Shown here piece after piece: positions 1-9,535 of a stretch of DNA of 64,000 bases; positions within the stretch are counted from its first letter, which is position 1, and each line of letters starts with the position of its first letter. Source of the stretch: Pseudomonadota bacterium. GTDB taxonomy: Bacteria > Pseudomonadota > Alphaproteobacteria > JBCCHK01. The stretch covers positions 2,497-66,496 of the forward strand of contig JBCCHK010000004.1 of NCBI GenBank assembly GCA_039028835.1, given 5' to 3'. The position numbers were made by a program, and so were the translations under genes. The notes below the pieces were generated by a model. It did no database searches, was not told the origin of the DNA, and saw nothing but the letters and a program-made list of their open reading frames with translations.

Positions 1-2
1 TG

Positions 3-2177
3 TTGTGTGCAGGTCGCTCTTTTTATGGGTTTGGTTATCGCCTGATTCCGCTACCGTTCGCGTTGTTGTTCATCTGTGGTGGTTTCGCCATGCGCGGGGA
101 CAACATCCAGCAAGGCAACCAGATGGGTGGCCAGGTGGGTTATCTCGTGCGTCATCTTTCTGATCGCTGGTTGAGTGCTTATGATTGGTGGACCCAAACA
201 AGCCTGTGGGGCGGGGTGTTTATCTTGCTCGGGTTTGGTTTTTGGCTCATGACCAGCAATCTGCGCCGGGCGGACATCAAGCTCGGTGCGCGTGCGGGTC
301 GTTATATCGTCGAGCGGCTGCATCATCCGGCGCCGCCCCTCAGGCCGCAAAAGATTCAATGGGGCAAAGCATCGCCCGTCACATCGCCTGTACCCCCCAC
401 CCCAGCAGCACCCGTAGCAACGGGCGGCGGGAAGGGCGGCGGTTTTTCCAAGCTGTCTGCTGCGCAAGCGAAGGCGGGTAGCTCCTCATCGATCTCACCG
501 GCCTCACCGGTCGTCTCCGACATCTCCAGCAAGGCCGAAGGCTCGTCCCTGGCGGCCCTCAAGCAAAAACTACGCGAGAGAAAACAAGCGCGCGAAGAAA
601 AGCGCCAAGAAAAAAACAAAGAAAAACTCGAAGAAAAGCGTGCGCAAAAGCGTGAACAGAAAAAAAACCCACCGCCCATGACCCTCATGCATGACACGCA
701 AGAGGGCGAAGACCTCATGCCCTTACCGCCGATGACTTTGCTACCGGCCCCACCGCGCCGAATCGCGCCGCGCTCGGCCAAAGAATTGGCGAAAATAGGC
801 CAGCAACTGCAGAATGTGCTGTCGGACTTTTCTGTCTCCGGCGAGATCGTCGATTCCACCAGCGGTCCCGTGGTCACGGTGTTTGAGTTCGATCCTGCCC
901 CAGGGGTGAAGATCAGCCGCATTGTCGGCTTGGCCGATGACGTCGCGCGCTCTATGAGTGCGCTGTCTACCCGCATTGCCACGGTACGCGGGCGCAGTGT
1001 TTTGGGCATAGAACTGCCCAACCCGCAACGCCAGATGGTCAGCCTGCGCGAGGTGCTGGAGGATGTCCCGGCAGAGCAAGACGGCCTGATCCTCGCCCTT
1101 GGCAAAGACATTGCTGGCGCGCCGGTCTATGCCGACCTTGCGCGGATGCCCCACCTGCTGATTGCCGGGACGACCGGCTCGGGTAAGTCCATTGCGATTA
1201 ACGCGATGATTATGTCCCTGTTGTTTCGTCACCGCCCCGATCAGCTGCGCCTGATCTTGATCGATCCCAAGATGCTCGAGCTTAGCGTTTATGACCACAT
1301 TCCCCACCTGCTTACTCCTGTGGTTACCAGCCCGAAAAAAGCCGTGGTGGCTTTGAAATGGACAGTTGCGGAAATGGAAAGCCGCTATAAGAAAATGGCC
1401 CAGTTAGGTGTGCGCAACATCGATAGCTACAACCGGCAGATCAAAAACACGTCCGATCCGGTGATTACCCGGCGGGTGCAAACCGGTTTTGATCCTGAAA
1501 CCGGCGCGCCGGTCTTCGAAAGCCAGATGATCGACGCCAACCCCTTGCCTTATATCGTGGTGGTGGTGGATGAGATGGCGGACCTGATGATGGTGGCGGG
1601 CAAGGATGTAGAAATCGCGATCCAGCGCCTTGCGCAAATGGCACGCGCCGCTGGTATTCATATCATCATGGCCACCCAACGCCCGTCGGTGGATGTGGTA
1701 ACCGGCACGATCAAGGCGAATTTTCCCCACCGGATCAGTTTTCAAGTCGCCAGCAAGATAGACTCGCGCACGATCTTAGGGGAGGGCGGCGCAGAACAAT
1801 TGCTTGGTCGCGGGGATATGCTATATCTGGCGGGTGGCCAGCATGTCACCCGCGTCCATGGGGCATTCATCGATGATGCGGATGTGCTGCGCGTCATCCG
1901 TCATCTCAAACAGCAGGGCGATCCCGATTACATCAACGACGTGACCGAAGAACCTGAAGAGGCGATGCTCGGCGAGTCCGAGGGCGGGCAAGATGAGCTC
2001 TATACCCAAGCGGTGGAAGTGGTGCTGGATGCGGGCCGCGCCTCTACCAGTTATTTGCAGCGGCGTTTGCAGATTGGCTATAATCGGGCGGCGAATCTGA
2101 TGGAAATGATGGAAGCGCGCGGCGTGGTCTCCCCTGCGGGCGCGACGGGCAAACGGGAAATTTTACAGCCGCGTTAA
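3..2177 (+). CDS. ftsK: DNA translocase FtsK; the ORF is open to the left edge, so the N-terminus is probably truncated
   Basis: N-terminal TM helices, a Pro/Lys/Glu-rich linker, Walker A GTTGSGKS, Walker [13 protein letters not shown], and a C-terminal gamma winged helix ([19 protein letters not shown]). Confidence 0.9.
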   Translation: MCAGRSFYGFGYRLIPLPFALLFICGGFAMRGDNIQQGNQMGGQVGYLVRHLSDRWLSAYDWWTQTSLWGGVFILLGFGFWLMTSNLRRADIKLGARAGRYIVERLHHPAPPLRPQKIQWGKASPVTSPVPPTPAAPVATGGGKGGGFSKLSAAQAKAGSSSSISPASPVVSDISSKAEGSSLAALKQKLRERKQAREEKRQEKNKEKLEEKRAQKREQKKNPPPMTLMHDTQEGEDLMPLPPMTLLPAPPRRIAPRSAKELAKIGQQLQNVLSDFSVSGEIVDSTSGPVVTVFEFDPAPGVKISRIVGLADDVARSMSALSTRIATVRGRSVLGIELPNPQRQMVSLREVLEDVPAEQDGLILALGKDIAGAPVYADLARMPHLLIAGTTGSGKSIAINAMIMSLLFRHRPDQLRLILIDPKMLELSVYDHIPHLLTPVVTSPKKAVVALKWTVAEMESRYKKMAQLGVRNIDSYNRQIKNTSDPVITRRVQTGFDPETGAPVFESQMIDANPLPYIVVVVDEMADLMMVAGKDVEIAIQRLAQMARAAGIHIIMATQRPSVDVVTGTIKANFPHRISFQVASKIDSRTILGEGGAEQLLGRGDMLYLAGGQHVTRVHGAFIDDADVLRVIRHLKQQGDPDYINDVTEEPEEAMLGESEGGQDELYTQAVEVVLDAGRASTSYLQRRLQIGYNRAANLMEMMEARGVVSPAGATGKREILQPR

Positions 2178-2195
2178 ATCTCTCGTTGCTAAGTA

Positions 2196-2216
2196 TTTTC
2201 TATATTTTATAGAAAA
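2196..2216. repeat. Perfect 9-bp inverted repeat TTTTCTATA-ttt-TATAGAAAA between convergent ftsK and the downstream minus-strand gene
   Basis: Read directly from the sequence. The arms contain the ATAGAAA/TTTCTAT word that recurs through the window. Confidence 0.7.
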
Positions 2217-2234
2217 AAATCAAGGGTATAATCT

Positions 2235-3284
2235 CTAAGAGCGCGGTAAGGGCACGGTCAGCAAGTGATCGCGCAATATCTCATACAAGCGTGCCGAGGC
2301 GGCCTGTAGCTCTTGCGTGCTGCCGCTATTTTCTAAAATAAACACAGTGATATAATCGCCATCTAAAAAGATGATTGCTCCAATATTCGCACGGATCACC
2401 TCCTTTGCACAGGTCATAACCCCATAGGCGGCGGCGTAGCGATCCCGCCGGGTGCGGTCTTGCCACGAAAGTGGCGCTTTTGCGCCGGGGCAAAGCTGGG
2501 TGACGATCCGCCCGGCCATTGTGATCACATGATCGGGATCTGTGTCCGGCGGGCGGGTGCTTTGCAGCACCTGCCCCTTGCCTGGTAGGTCGGTGGCAAA
2601 GCGATGGGTGAGGGTAAAGCCCCCCGGCGCCCAGCCGTCATAGCTTTCCAAAAGGGTCACACCCTGACCGCTATTGTATAAAAAATCGCGGATTTCCTGG
2701 GCAGGAATCACGCCTGCGCGCGGCAGGGTTGCCGTGCCAGTCCGCGCGCACGCCCGCAGGTGATCCAGGGCGGCAAAGGTGCCGGTCAGGTCGATCGGGA
2801 TGATGTGGGTGTGCAGCATTACCGCCGCTGTCCGCCCGCGGCGAAAGGGCTCTAAGGCCTGCGCATCAGAAATATCGATCGCGAGGGTATGATCGTCCAT
2901 GACCCAGCCCGGGCGCGTTTGTAAATCCCCGTCATCGATGATGAGGTCTGCGGCGGCCAGCAGCGCGGGCGGCTCATAAAAAAAGTCTGGCGTGGTGATG
3001 ATAAGGCTTACCCGGCCGGTGGGATCATACTCGATCACAAGCGTTGGCAAAGGGGTTTGCAAACGGTCTTGCCCAGGCGCGCTTTGCCGGGTTACCGCGC
3101 AGCCATGAAACAGCCCACCGTGATCGGTGCGCAGAGCCCCGCCGCGCCAACCTTTAACATCGATCGCTGATGGCGTGATGGGTTGCGCGGTGGCGGCGGA
3201 AAAAACAAGGCAAAGATAGAAAAAAACACCAATACAAACATATCCGAGGTAAAAACGCCTGATAGAGAAAAGTCCGTTTTTCAT
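2235..3284 (-). CDS. Hypothetical exported protein; start trimmed to MKNGLFSIRR
   Basis: A hydrophobic signal-like segment (YVCIGVFFYLCLVFSAATAQ) follows the internal Met. That ATG overlaps the stop of the upstream XdhC-like gene. I recognise no domain. Confidence 0.5.
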   Translation of the reverse strand: MKNGLFSIRRFYLGYVCIGVFFYLCLVFSAATAQPITPSAIDVKGWRGGALRTDHGGLFHGCAVTRQSAPGQDRLQTPLPTLVIEYDPTGRVSLIITTPDFFYEPPALLAAADLIIDDGDLQTRPGWVMDDHTLAIDISDAQALEPFRRGRTAAVMLHTHIIPIDLTGTFAALDHLRACARTGTATLPRAGVIPAQEIRDFLYNSGQGVTLLESYDGWAPGGFTLTHRFATDLPGKGQVLQSTRPPDTDPDHVITMAGRIVTQLCPGAKAPLSWQDRTRRDRYAAAYGVMTCAKEVIRANIGAIIFLDGDYITVFILENSGSTQELQAASARLYEILRDHLLTVPLPRS

Positions 3285-3985
3285 GCCCGGGATGCATGAC
3301 GGGCTTGGGTGAGTTGCGCGAGGATCGAAAGGGCAATCTCTGCGGGTGATTGAGCACCGATGGCAAGGCCAGCGGGGCCGCAAAGACGCGCGCATTGCGT
3401 CGCTGTAAAGCCCTGCTCGGCCAGCCGCGCCAGTCGCGCGGCATGGGTCCGGCGCGAGCCCAGGGCAGCAATATAGAAACTCTCGCTCATAAGTGCAAAG
3501 GCAAGGGCTGGATCATCCAGCTTAGGATCGTGGCTAAGACTGACGATGGCGCTGCGAGAATCTGGCGCAAATCGCTGCAAGCCCTCCTGCGGCCAGCAAT
3601 GCCAAAGGTCTTGATCCGGGTGACGGGTTTGGCTGGCAAAGGTTTGGCGCGGATCGATGATAACAACCTGATAGCCGGCAAGCTGCGCCATGGGCGCGAG
3701 CACTTGGGCGATATGCACCGCGCCGATGATCGCAAGCCGCCAGGCGGGACCGATCGGTGTGATAAACACATCCCCGACCATCACCCCGCGGTCTATACGC
3801 AGGGCCTCCTCAACCCCCTCACACAAGGCGGGGGTGAGATCAAGATCACCGATGATCCGGCGCGTTTCTCCTGTTTTTGGGCATTCGATGACCGCCTCGC
3901 GTGCGCCATCCAGTTCGGTCAGCAAGGCCCCCTGCCCGCCGCGTTCGCGTAAGGATAGAAAAGACTCAAAGACCGCGCGGCGCAC
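3281..3985 (-). CDS. XdhC/CoxI-family molybdoenzyme maturation (accessory) protein
   Basis: Rossmann-like segment RLAIIGAVHIAQVLAPMAQLAGYQVVIIDPR, then SLSHDPKLDDPAL and the AALGSRRTH pattern typical of the XdhC family. Confidence 0.75.
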   Translation of the reverse strand: MRRAVFESFLSLRERGGQGALLTELDGAREAVIECPKTGETRRIIGDLDLTPALCEGVEEALRIDRGVMVGDVFITPIGPAWRLAIIGAVHIAQVLAPMAQLAGYQVVIIDPRQTFASQTRHPDQDLWHCWPQEGLQRFAPDSRSAIVSLSHDPKLDDPALAFALMSESFYIAALGSRRTHAARLARLAEQGFTATQCARLCGPAGLAIGAQSPAEIALSILAQLTQARHASRA

Positions 3986-3995
3986 CGGACGGCAC

Positions 3996-4976
3996 TCACG
4001 TCACCGTGTTAGACGGCTTGCCGGCAACGAAGTTTTCTAGATGGTCGATGACCTGGTCGCACAGGGTAGAAATCGCCTCAAACGACGCCCAGGCCACGTG
4101 CGGAGTGAGAATAAAGTTTGATCGCCGCGCGGCCAGTTTCATCAGACGATGATCGGCCGGCGGTGGCTCGGGAGTGGTGACATCGAACGCCGCACCGGCA
4201 ATCAGGCCCTCATCTAAAGCATGCTCTAAGGCGGCCTCATCCACCAGACCGCCGCGCGCGGTATTCACCAAGAGCGGCTTTTTCTTCATTTGCGCGAACT
4301 CGGCCGCGCCGATCAGCCCGCGGGTGCTGTCCAAAAGTGGACAATGCAGGGTTATCACGTCGCTGGTCTCAACAACCTCCTGGAAAGGCGTAAAACCGCC
4401 CTCGGGTGCAGGCACGCCGGTCATATCTGCGCGGCCCTTGTGGGCCGCGAACACCACATCCATAGAAAAAGCGCGCCCGAGTTGCGCCACCCGAGAGCCC
4501 AAAATGCCCTCGCCAAAAATCCCCAAACGCGAGCCCGCAAGATCGGCAATCGGATGATCGAAGAAGCAAAATTGTCCGGCCTGTTGCCACTTGCCTTGAA
4601 CCACATCAGCGCTGTAGGGCAGGACGCTGCGGCGCAGGGCGAGAATCAGCGCAAAAGTATGCTCGGGCACGGTGTTGATCGCATAGCCGCGCACGTTCGA
4701 GACGACGATGCCCGCCTCACGACAGGCGGCGATATCGATATTGTCATAGCCGGTGGCGGCGATGGCGATCATTTTTAACTTAGGCAGTTGGGCGATCATC
4801 TCGCCGGTGATGCGCACCTTGTTGACCACCGCAAGATCGGCCCCCGCGAGACGCTCGACGACCTGCTCAGGGGCTGTGCGCGGATGGTTTGTCCAGGTGT
4901 GCTCGAACGACGGGGCGCGGATGGTCAGATGAGCAGGTACGGTATCGCGGTCAAGAAAGACAATATGGCGAGTCAT
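3996..4976 (-). CDS. D-isomer-specific 2-hydroxyacid dehydrogenase (glycerate dehydrogenase / hydroxypyruvate reductase-like)
   Basis: NAD-binding motif LGIFGEGILGSRVA, the catalytic-region pattern NTARGGLVDE, and TPHVAWAS near the C-terminus. Confidence 0.85.
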   Translation of the reverse strand: MTRHIVFLDRDTVPAHLTIRAPSFEHTWTNHPRTAPEQVVERLAGADLAVVNKVRITGEMIAQLPKLKMIAIAATGYDNIDIAACREAGIVVSNVRGYAINTVPEHTFALILALRRSVLPYSADVVQGKWQQAGQFCFFDHPIADLAGSRLGIFGEGILGSRVAQLGRAFSMDVVFAAHKGRADMTGVPAPEGGFTPFQEVVETSDVITLHCPLLDSTRGLIGAAEFAQMKKKPLLVNTARGGLVDEAALEHALDEGLIAGAAFDVTTPEPPPADHRLMKLAARRSNFILTPHVAWASFEAISTLCDQVIDHLENFVAGKPSNTVT

Positions 4977-5032
4977 GTCGCTCCTTGGTTTTTTAGGTTA
5001 GCAAGGGTGAGGATCGGCCCAACAAGGGCTTG

Positions 5033-5560
5033 CTAAAGGTGTGATTGTGCTTCCTGGGCTAGGTCCATATAGCTCTTAATATCATAGGTAATATAGTCAT
5101 AGTCTGCTTGGGTCAAATCGCGCAGTTTGCGTGCCGGCTTACCGGCCCAGACCTCCCCTGAGGGGATGCGCTTGCCGGGCGGGACCAGGGCGCCGGCGGC
5201 CACCATCGCATCAGACTCGACCACGGCGCCATCGAGTACGGTCGCGCCGATGCCAATCAGGCTACGTGCTCCGATCTGGCAACCGTGGACACAAGCCTGG
5301 TGGCCGATTACCACATCGTGCGCGATGTGTGTCTCGCCGGTCTTGCCGCTCGAGATATGGATCACGGCGCCGTCTTGGATCGTGCAGCGATCACCGATGC
5401 GGATGATATTCACGTCCCCGCGCATGACCGCGCCAAACCACACGTTGACATCATCGCCGAGCACGACGTCACCGGTGACAACGCACCCCGGTGCGAGAAA
5501 CACGCGCGCGCCCAAGGTTGGTGAGACTCCCTTGTAGGGGCGAATGTATGCACAGGTCAT
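5033..5560 (-). CDS. Gamma-class carbonic anhydrase family (left-handed beta-helix, hexapeptide-repeat) protein
   Basis: Hexapeptide repeats throughout, the pattern VWFGAVMRGD...IRIGDRCTIQDGAVIH, and a length of about 175 aa typical of the YrdA/CaiE/PaaY family. Confidence 0.85.
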   Translation of the reverse strand: MTCAYIRPYKGVSPTLGARVFLAPGCVVTGDVVLGDDVNVWFGAVMRGDVNIIRIGDRCTIQDGAVIHISSGKTGETHIAHDVVIGHQACVHGCQIGARSLIGIGATVLDGAVVESDAMVAAGALVPPGKRIPSGEVWAGKPARKLRDLTQADYDYITYDIKSYMDLAQEAQSHL

Positions 5561-5574
5561 GGTTGGGGCTCCTT

Positions 5575-5610
5575 ATCAGGCGTTTCATCAGGCATTTCAT
5601 CAGGCGTTCG
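5575..5610. repeat. 12-bp tandem repeat x3 (ATCAGGCGTTTC / ATCAGGCATTTC / ATCAGGCGTTCG) spanning the fdhA stop codon and the fdhA to gamma-CA spacer
   Basis: Read directly. The fdhA TGA (complement of 5600-5602) lies in the third unit. The AAGGAG RBS of the gamma-CA gene lies immediately beside it. Confidence 0.8.
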
Positions 5611-8548
5611 TGGTCGGCGCGGGGCTGGTCACCATCTCCAGCCGCGCTGCGCAGTATTTGAATTCGGGAATCTTGCCGTGGGGATCGAGCTCGGCAATGG
5701 TGAGCAGGTTGGCCGCCGCCTCGGCAAAAGCAAAGGGAATAAACAAACAGCCCATCGAGACATGGCGATCGGGCACGGCCGCAAGCTCGATGGTGCCGCG
5801 GCGGGTGCGCACCCGCACCGGCGTACCGGCGGTCAATCCCGCGCGCGCTAATTCCCGCGGGTGGAGATAGACCGCCGGGCTGGGTTCGAGTTGGTCTAGC
5901 ACCTTGGCGCGGCGGGTCATGGCGCCGGTGTGCCAGTGCTCTAGCAGGCGGCCAGTGGATAGAATCAGGGGATAGTCCGGGTCTGGCGGCTCGGCGGGGC
6001 CGGACAAGGTAGCCGGCACCAAGGTGCCGCGGCCATCATCGGTGGGGAATCCGTCGGCAAAGATGATCTCCTGGCCAGGATCGTCTTCGTGCTCGACGGG
6101 GTAGGTGACGGACCCCTCGCGGCTGACCCGGTCCCACGACAGCCCCTTGATCGATGGCATGGTCTCGCGCATTTCGGCAAAGATATCTGCCACGGTTTCA
6201 TAGCCCCAATCGAGCCCGAGGCGTTGCGCCATTTGACCAATGATCCACCAGTCGGGCTTGGCCTCGCCTGGCAAGGGCAGGACTTGCCGTCCTCGCTGGA
6301 CTCGCCGGTCGGTGTTGGTAAAGGTGCCGTCTTTCTCGAAGAAGGATGAGGCGGGCAGGATCACGTCGGCGTAGCTCGCTGTTTCAGTGATAAACAGGTC
6401 TTGCACGACGAGATGCTCAAGGCGCGAAAGGCCGGTGCGGGCGTGGGTGAGGTCCGGGTCCGACATGGCCGGATTCTCCCCTTGGATATACATGCCCTTG
6501 ATCGTGCCATCAAAGGCGGCATTGATGATCTCCACCACGGTCAAGCCGGGGCTTGGGGCCAGTTCGGTCTGCCAGAAATCGGCAAAGTGATCGCGCACCG
6601 AGTCCTGGATGACCTTTTGATAGTCCGGCAGCATCATTGGAATGAGGCCGGCATCAGAGGCCCCTTGGACGTTGTTTTGTCCGCGCAGGGGATGCAGGCC
6701 CGTGCCCGCCCGGCCAACCTGCCCGGTGATGAGCGCAAGATCGATCAGACAGCGGGCGTTATCGGTGCCGTGGGCGTGTTGGCTGATGCCCATGCCCCAG
6801 AAGATCATCGCCGCCTTGGCGCCGCCAAACAGGCGAGCGGCGGCCCTCAGGGTTTCGGCGTCGATCCCGCACAGGGGTGCCATGGCCTCAGGCGAGGTCT
6901 GAGCGGTGGCCTTATGCAGGGCGTCGATGCCGTGGGTGTGGGCACGGATGTAGGCCTCATCAGCCAGGCCCTCGCGCAGAATCACGTGGATCATGGCATT
7001 GAGCAGGGCCACGTCAGTGCCCGGCTTAAAGCGCATGTCAATGTGTGCGTGACGGCTGAGTTCTTGGCCGCGGGGATCGGCGAGAATCAATTTCGCGCCG
7101 CGCTTAAGGGCATTTTTGAGGAAGGTTGCGGCGACCGGGTGATTGACGGTGGGGTTCGCGCCGATCAGCAACATCACATCAGAATCTTTACAGGCGCGTA
7201 CCGGGGCAGTGACCGCGCCCGAGCCGATAGTCTCCATCAGTGCGGCGACCGAGGCGGCGTGGCACAACCGGGTGCAATGATCCACGTTGTGGGTGCCAAA
7301 GCCGGTGCGCACGAGTTTTTGAAACAGGTAGGCTTCTTCGTTCGATCCCTTGGCCGAGCCAAAGCCAGCCAGGGCGTCCGCGCCGTGCGCGGCTTTGATC
7401 TGGGCAAGGCCGTTGCCGGCGCGATCCAGCGCCTCCTCCCAGCTGGCCGCGCGAAAGCGGGCGCGGATTTCTTCTGGGTCGCTAGGCAATTCAGGGGTCT
7501 TGGGGGCGTCATCTCGGCGAATGAGGGGAGTGGTGAGCCGATCCGGGTGCGCGCCGTAGTCAAAACCAAAGCGCCCTTTAACGCACAGACGGCTTTGGTT
7601 GGCCGGGCCGGGCCGGCCTTCGGCGGCGATGATCTGATCGTCCTTGACGTGATAGCGCACCTGGCAGCCCACCCCGCAGTAGGGGCACAGGGTATCGACG
7701 TGCCGGTCGGGGGTGGCGGTGCGCTTGTGGGTCGTCTCATCCAGCACACTGGCGGGCATCAGCGCGCCGGTGGGGCAAGCCTGGACACACTCGCCGCAGG
7801 CAACGCAGGTGGAGTGCCCCATAGGATCGTCCATGTCAAAAACGATCTTGCTGCCCTGCCCGCGATGGGCCATGCCGATCACGTCGTTGACCTGTTCTTC
7901 GCGGCAAGCCCTCACGCACAACCCGCAGTGGATGCAGGCATCCAGTTGCACGGCCATGGCCGGGTGGGAAAAGTCTGGCGCGGGAGGGGCGGGATCGCCA
8001 CTTATGTTATGGCCGTTATGGCTGGTGCCGCCACTCGCGCTCTTATTTGCGTCATGGTCTGCGCCGTTGGTTTTATGAGCGGCGGGAAAGCGGCTTTCGG
8101 TGACGTTGAGTTTGCTTGCGGTGCGTAGAAGTTTGTTGGTGGGATCGTGGGGGGCGCGGGGTTGATCGGCGAGCAGGAGCTCGGCCACCAGTTCGCGGGC
8201 GCGGCGCGGGCGGCTTGATTGGGTGTCGATGACCATGCCGGGCGCGGCGGGACGGACGCAGGAGGCAACCAGGGCCCGCTCGCCTTCGATGGCGACCATG
8301 CAGATGCGGCAGTTGCCATCGGGGCGGTAGCCGGGTTTGTGGCATAGGTGGGGCAGTTCGTCGCCGGTGCGGCGCACGAGCTCCCAGAGGGTCTCCCCGG
8401 GTTGTATAGTGACGGTCTCCCCGTTCAGGGTGAGGGTTTGCTCGGGCGTTTGCGGGGGCGTTTGAGCGTCCGCTTGGGCGTCGTCTGCGGTCTTGTCTTG
8501 GGGGGCTGTTTTTTTGGCGGTAGGCATGGCGGGTGGGGTCTTGCGCAC
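5600..8548 (-). CDS. Formate dehydrogenase alpha subunit (molybdopterin oxidoreductase with N-terminal 2Fe-2S and 4Fe-4S domains), Cys-type
   Basis: Cys clusters CHKPGYRPDGNCRIC, CIHCGLCVRAC, CVACGECVQACP and CPYCGVGC, plus the catalytic-region motif HCTRLCHAASV with Cys, not TGA. The start could be GTG 8548 or ATG 8527. Confidence 0.9.
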   Translation of the reverse strand: MRKTPPAMPTAKKTAPQDKTADDAQADAQTPPQTPEQTLTLNGETVTIQPGETLWELVRRTGDELPHLCHKPGYRPDGNCRICMVAIEGERALVASCVRPAAPGMVIDTQSSRPRRARELVAELLLADQPRAPHDPTNKLLRTASKLNVTESRFPAAHKTNGADHDANKSASGGTSHNGHNISGDPAPPAPDFSHPAMAVQLDACIHCGLCVRACREEQVNDVIGMAHRGQGSKIVFDMDDPMGHSTCVACGECVQACPTGALMPASVLDETTHKRTATPDRHVDTLCPYCGVGCQVRYHVKDDQIIAAEGRPGPANQSRLCVKGRFGFDYGAHPDRLTTPLIRRDDAPKTPELPSDPEEIRARFRAASWEEALDRAGNGLAQIKAAHGADALAGFGSAKGSNEEAYLFQKLVRTGFGTHNVDHCTRLCHAASVAALMETIGSGAVTAPVRACKDSDVMLLIGANPTVNHPVAATFLKNALKRGAKLILADPRGQELSRHAHIDMRFKPGTDVALLNAMIHVILREGLADEAYIRAHTHGIDALHKATAQTSPEAMAPLCGIDAETLRAAARLFGGAKAAMIFWGMGISQHAHGTDNARCLIDLALITGQVGRAGTGLHPLRGQNNVQGASDAGLIPMMLPDYQKVIQDSVRDHFADFWQTELAPSPGLTVVEIINAAFDGTIKGMYIQGENPAMSDPDLTHARTGLSRLEHLVVQDLFITETASYADVILPASSFFEKDGTFTNTDRRVQRGRQVLPLPGEAKPDWWIIGQMAQRLGLDWGYETVADIFAEMRETMPSIKGLSWDRVSREGSVTYPVEHEDDPGQEIIFADGFPTDDGRGTLVPATLSGPAEPPDPDYPLILSTGRLLEHWHTGAMTRRAKVLDQLEPSPAVYLHPRELARAGLTAGTPVRVRTRRGTIELAAVPDRHVSMGCLFIPFAFAEAAANLLTIAELDPHGKIPEFKYCAARLEMVTSPAPTTNA

Positions 8549-8689
8549 GGTGTGGCGGGTTGATGAGTGGTGCTATCTCACAGCTTAGCAAAACCGCCCT
8601 TTGGGTGTAAGGGGGCAGATAAAGAGGCGAGGGGCACTTTGCTCTCTCACTCTTAACGTGATCCTGCTTTAAGCAGATTGGGGATCACT

Positions 8690-9535
8690 GGCAAAAATAT
8701 GAAATTATGAATCAGAAATTTTATCAATTTTTTCTATGAGGATTTTCTCTATGAGATCAGTATAGAAATTTTGAATATTGCTTAATGATCCCTTCCGAAT
8801 TTTTACCCTTACGGCTGACCCTTTTACTTTATATTCTTTTTCAAGAAAGTCTATGTCATATTTTGCGAGATTCAAGGATCGTCCGCCGTGAACGATAGCA
8901 TTTCGTCTGCAATATATCCAGTCGGCGTAGCCGATGACTGAAGTGGGGATAGATTTATCTTGTTTCTTAAACTGTTCCGTAATTACACCTTTGTTGGGAT
9001 TAACCCGAGATGTCTGATAGATTTTGGGATTAATGTCTAATGACTCGAAAAGTTTCTTAAGTTTTGTGCTATGCCTTTTTCTTAAAACATTGGTACGCAA
9101 GGTGTTTTTCAAATTTTCCAAGACTCTCTGCTTTGGATCCTCATCTGAGAGAAAAATTTCATATAGTTGCTTTTCTGAGAGAGTTTCTTTTTCGTGTTTT
9201 TGTAAAAGTTCTTCTTGTAAAATCGGTGAGATTTCGACTCTATCGAGAAGAATCTTATCGATGAGATGATCGAAACGATCTACAGCACTTGCGAAAATAA
9301 GTTTGGTTATATGAATTCGTTTTTTATCTGGGGAAATACCCTCTACTATACCCGAGGCATCCCCTATATCTTCTTTCAGAAAATTCTTGAATTCCTCAAT
9401 ATGAGAGTTTGTTTCTTTTGGCATGCGAAAAATCGCCCGTGAGTGAGAATCAATTTTTGAACGTATCCCCCAGATATCGAAAGATAGACCCGAATACACG
9501 CCCTTTGATAATGTTTGCCATTGTAGCATCCGAGT
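8690..9535. other. Compositionally atypical AT-rich segment (hand counts of three 60-nt lines give 25-35% GC, against about 60% in the flanks)
   Basis: Direct base counting of lines 8701, 8761 and 8821. The composition shifts abruptly at both ends. I saw no flanking tRNA, integrase or clear direct repeats. Confidence 0.65.
8705..9529 (-). CDS. Hypothetical protein with a C-terminal HEPN-like Rx4H motif (CRRNAIVHGG)
   Basis: It is the only long ORF in the AT-rich segment and is Lys/Glu/Ile/Leu-rich, so predicted helical. The RNAIVH motif is encoded at 8888-8905. An alternative start is Met36 (MPKETNSH). Confidence 0.55.
   Translation of the reverse strand: MLQWQTLSKGVYSGLSFDIWGIRSKIDSHSRAIFRMPKETNSHIEEFKNFLKEDIGDASGIVEGISPDKKRIHITKLIFASAVDRFDHLIDKILLDRVEISPILQEELLQKHEKETLSEKQLYEIFLSDEDPKQRVLENLKNTLRTNVLRKRHSTKLKKLFESLDINPKIYQTSRVNPNKGVITEQFKKQDKSIPTSVIGYADWIYCRRNAIVHGGRSLNLAKYDIDFLEKEYKVKGSAVRVKIRKGSLSNIQNFYTDLIEKILIEKIDKISDS

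Noticed and set aside
7262-7264. Possible selenocysteine (in-frame TGA) at the formate dehydrogenase active site.
   Set aside because: The codon preceding the conserved His (RLCH) is TGC (Cys) on the coding strand, and the ORF is uninterrupted, so this is a Cys-type enzyme. No SECIS search is needed.
6401-8128. 575-aa plus-strand ORF, and many other long ORFs antisense to annotated genes: 356-1111, 15328-16461, 18078-18860, 45166-45900, 50853-51500, 56055-56891 and 60445-61098.
   Set aside because: They lie opposite genes with unmistakable conserved motifs. Their products are Arg/Gly/Ala/Pro-rich low-complexity sequences, which is typical of stop-poor shadow frames in high-GC DNA. None shows a recognisable motif.
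8652-8680. Hairpin CTGCT-tta-AGCAG downstream of the HEPN-like gene as an intrinsic terminator.
   Set aside because: The stem is only 5 bp and no T-tract follows on the coding strand.
8549-8704. Possible Moco riboswitch or other leader upstream of fdhA.
   Set aside because: I could not find the conserved Moco-motif elements by eye, only weak short hairpins. Supporting it would need an Infernal scan.
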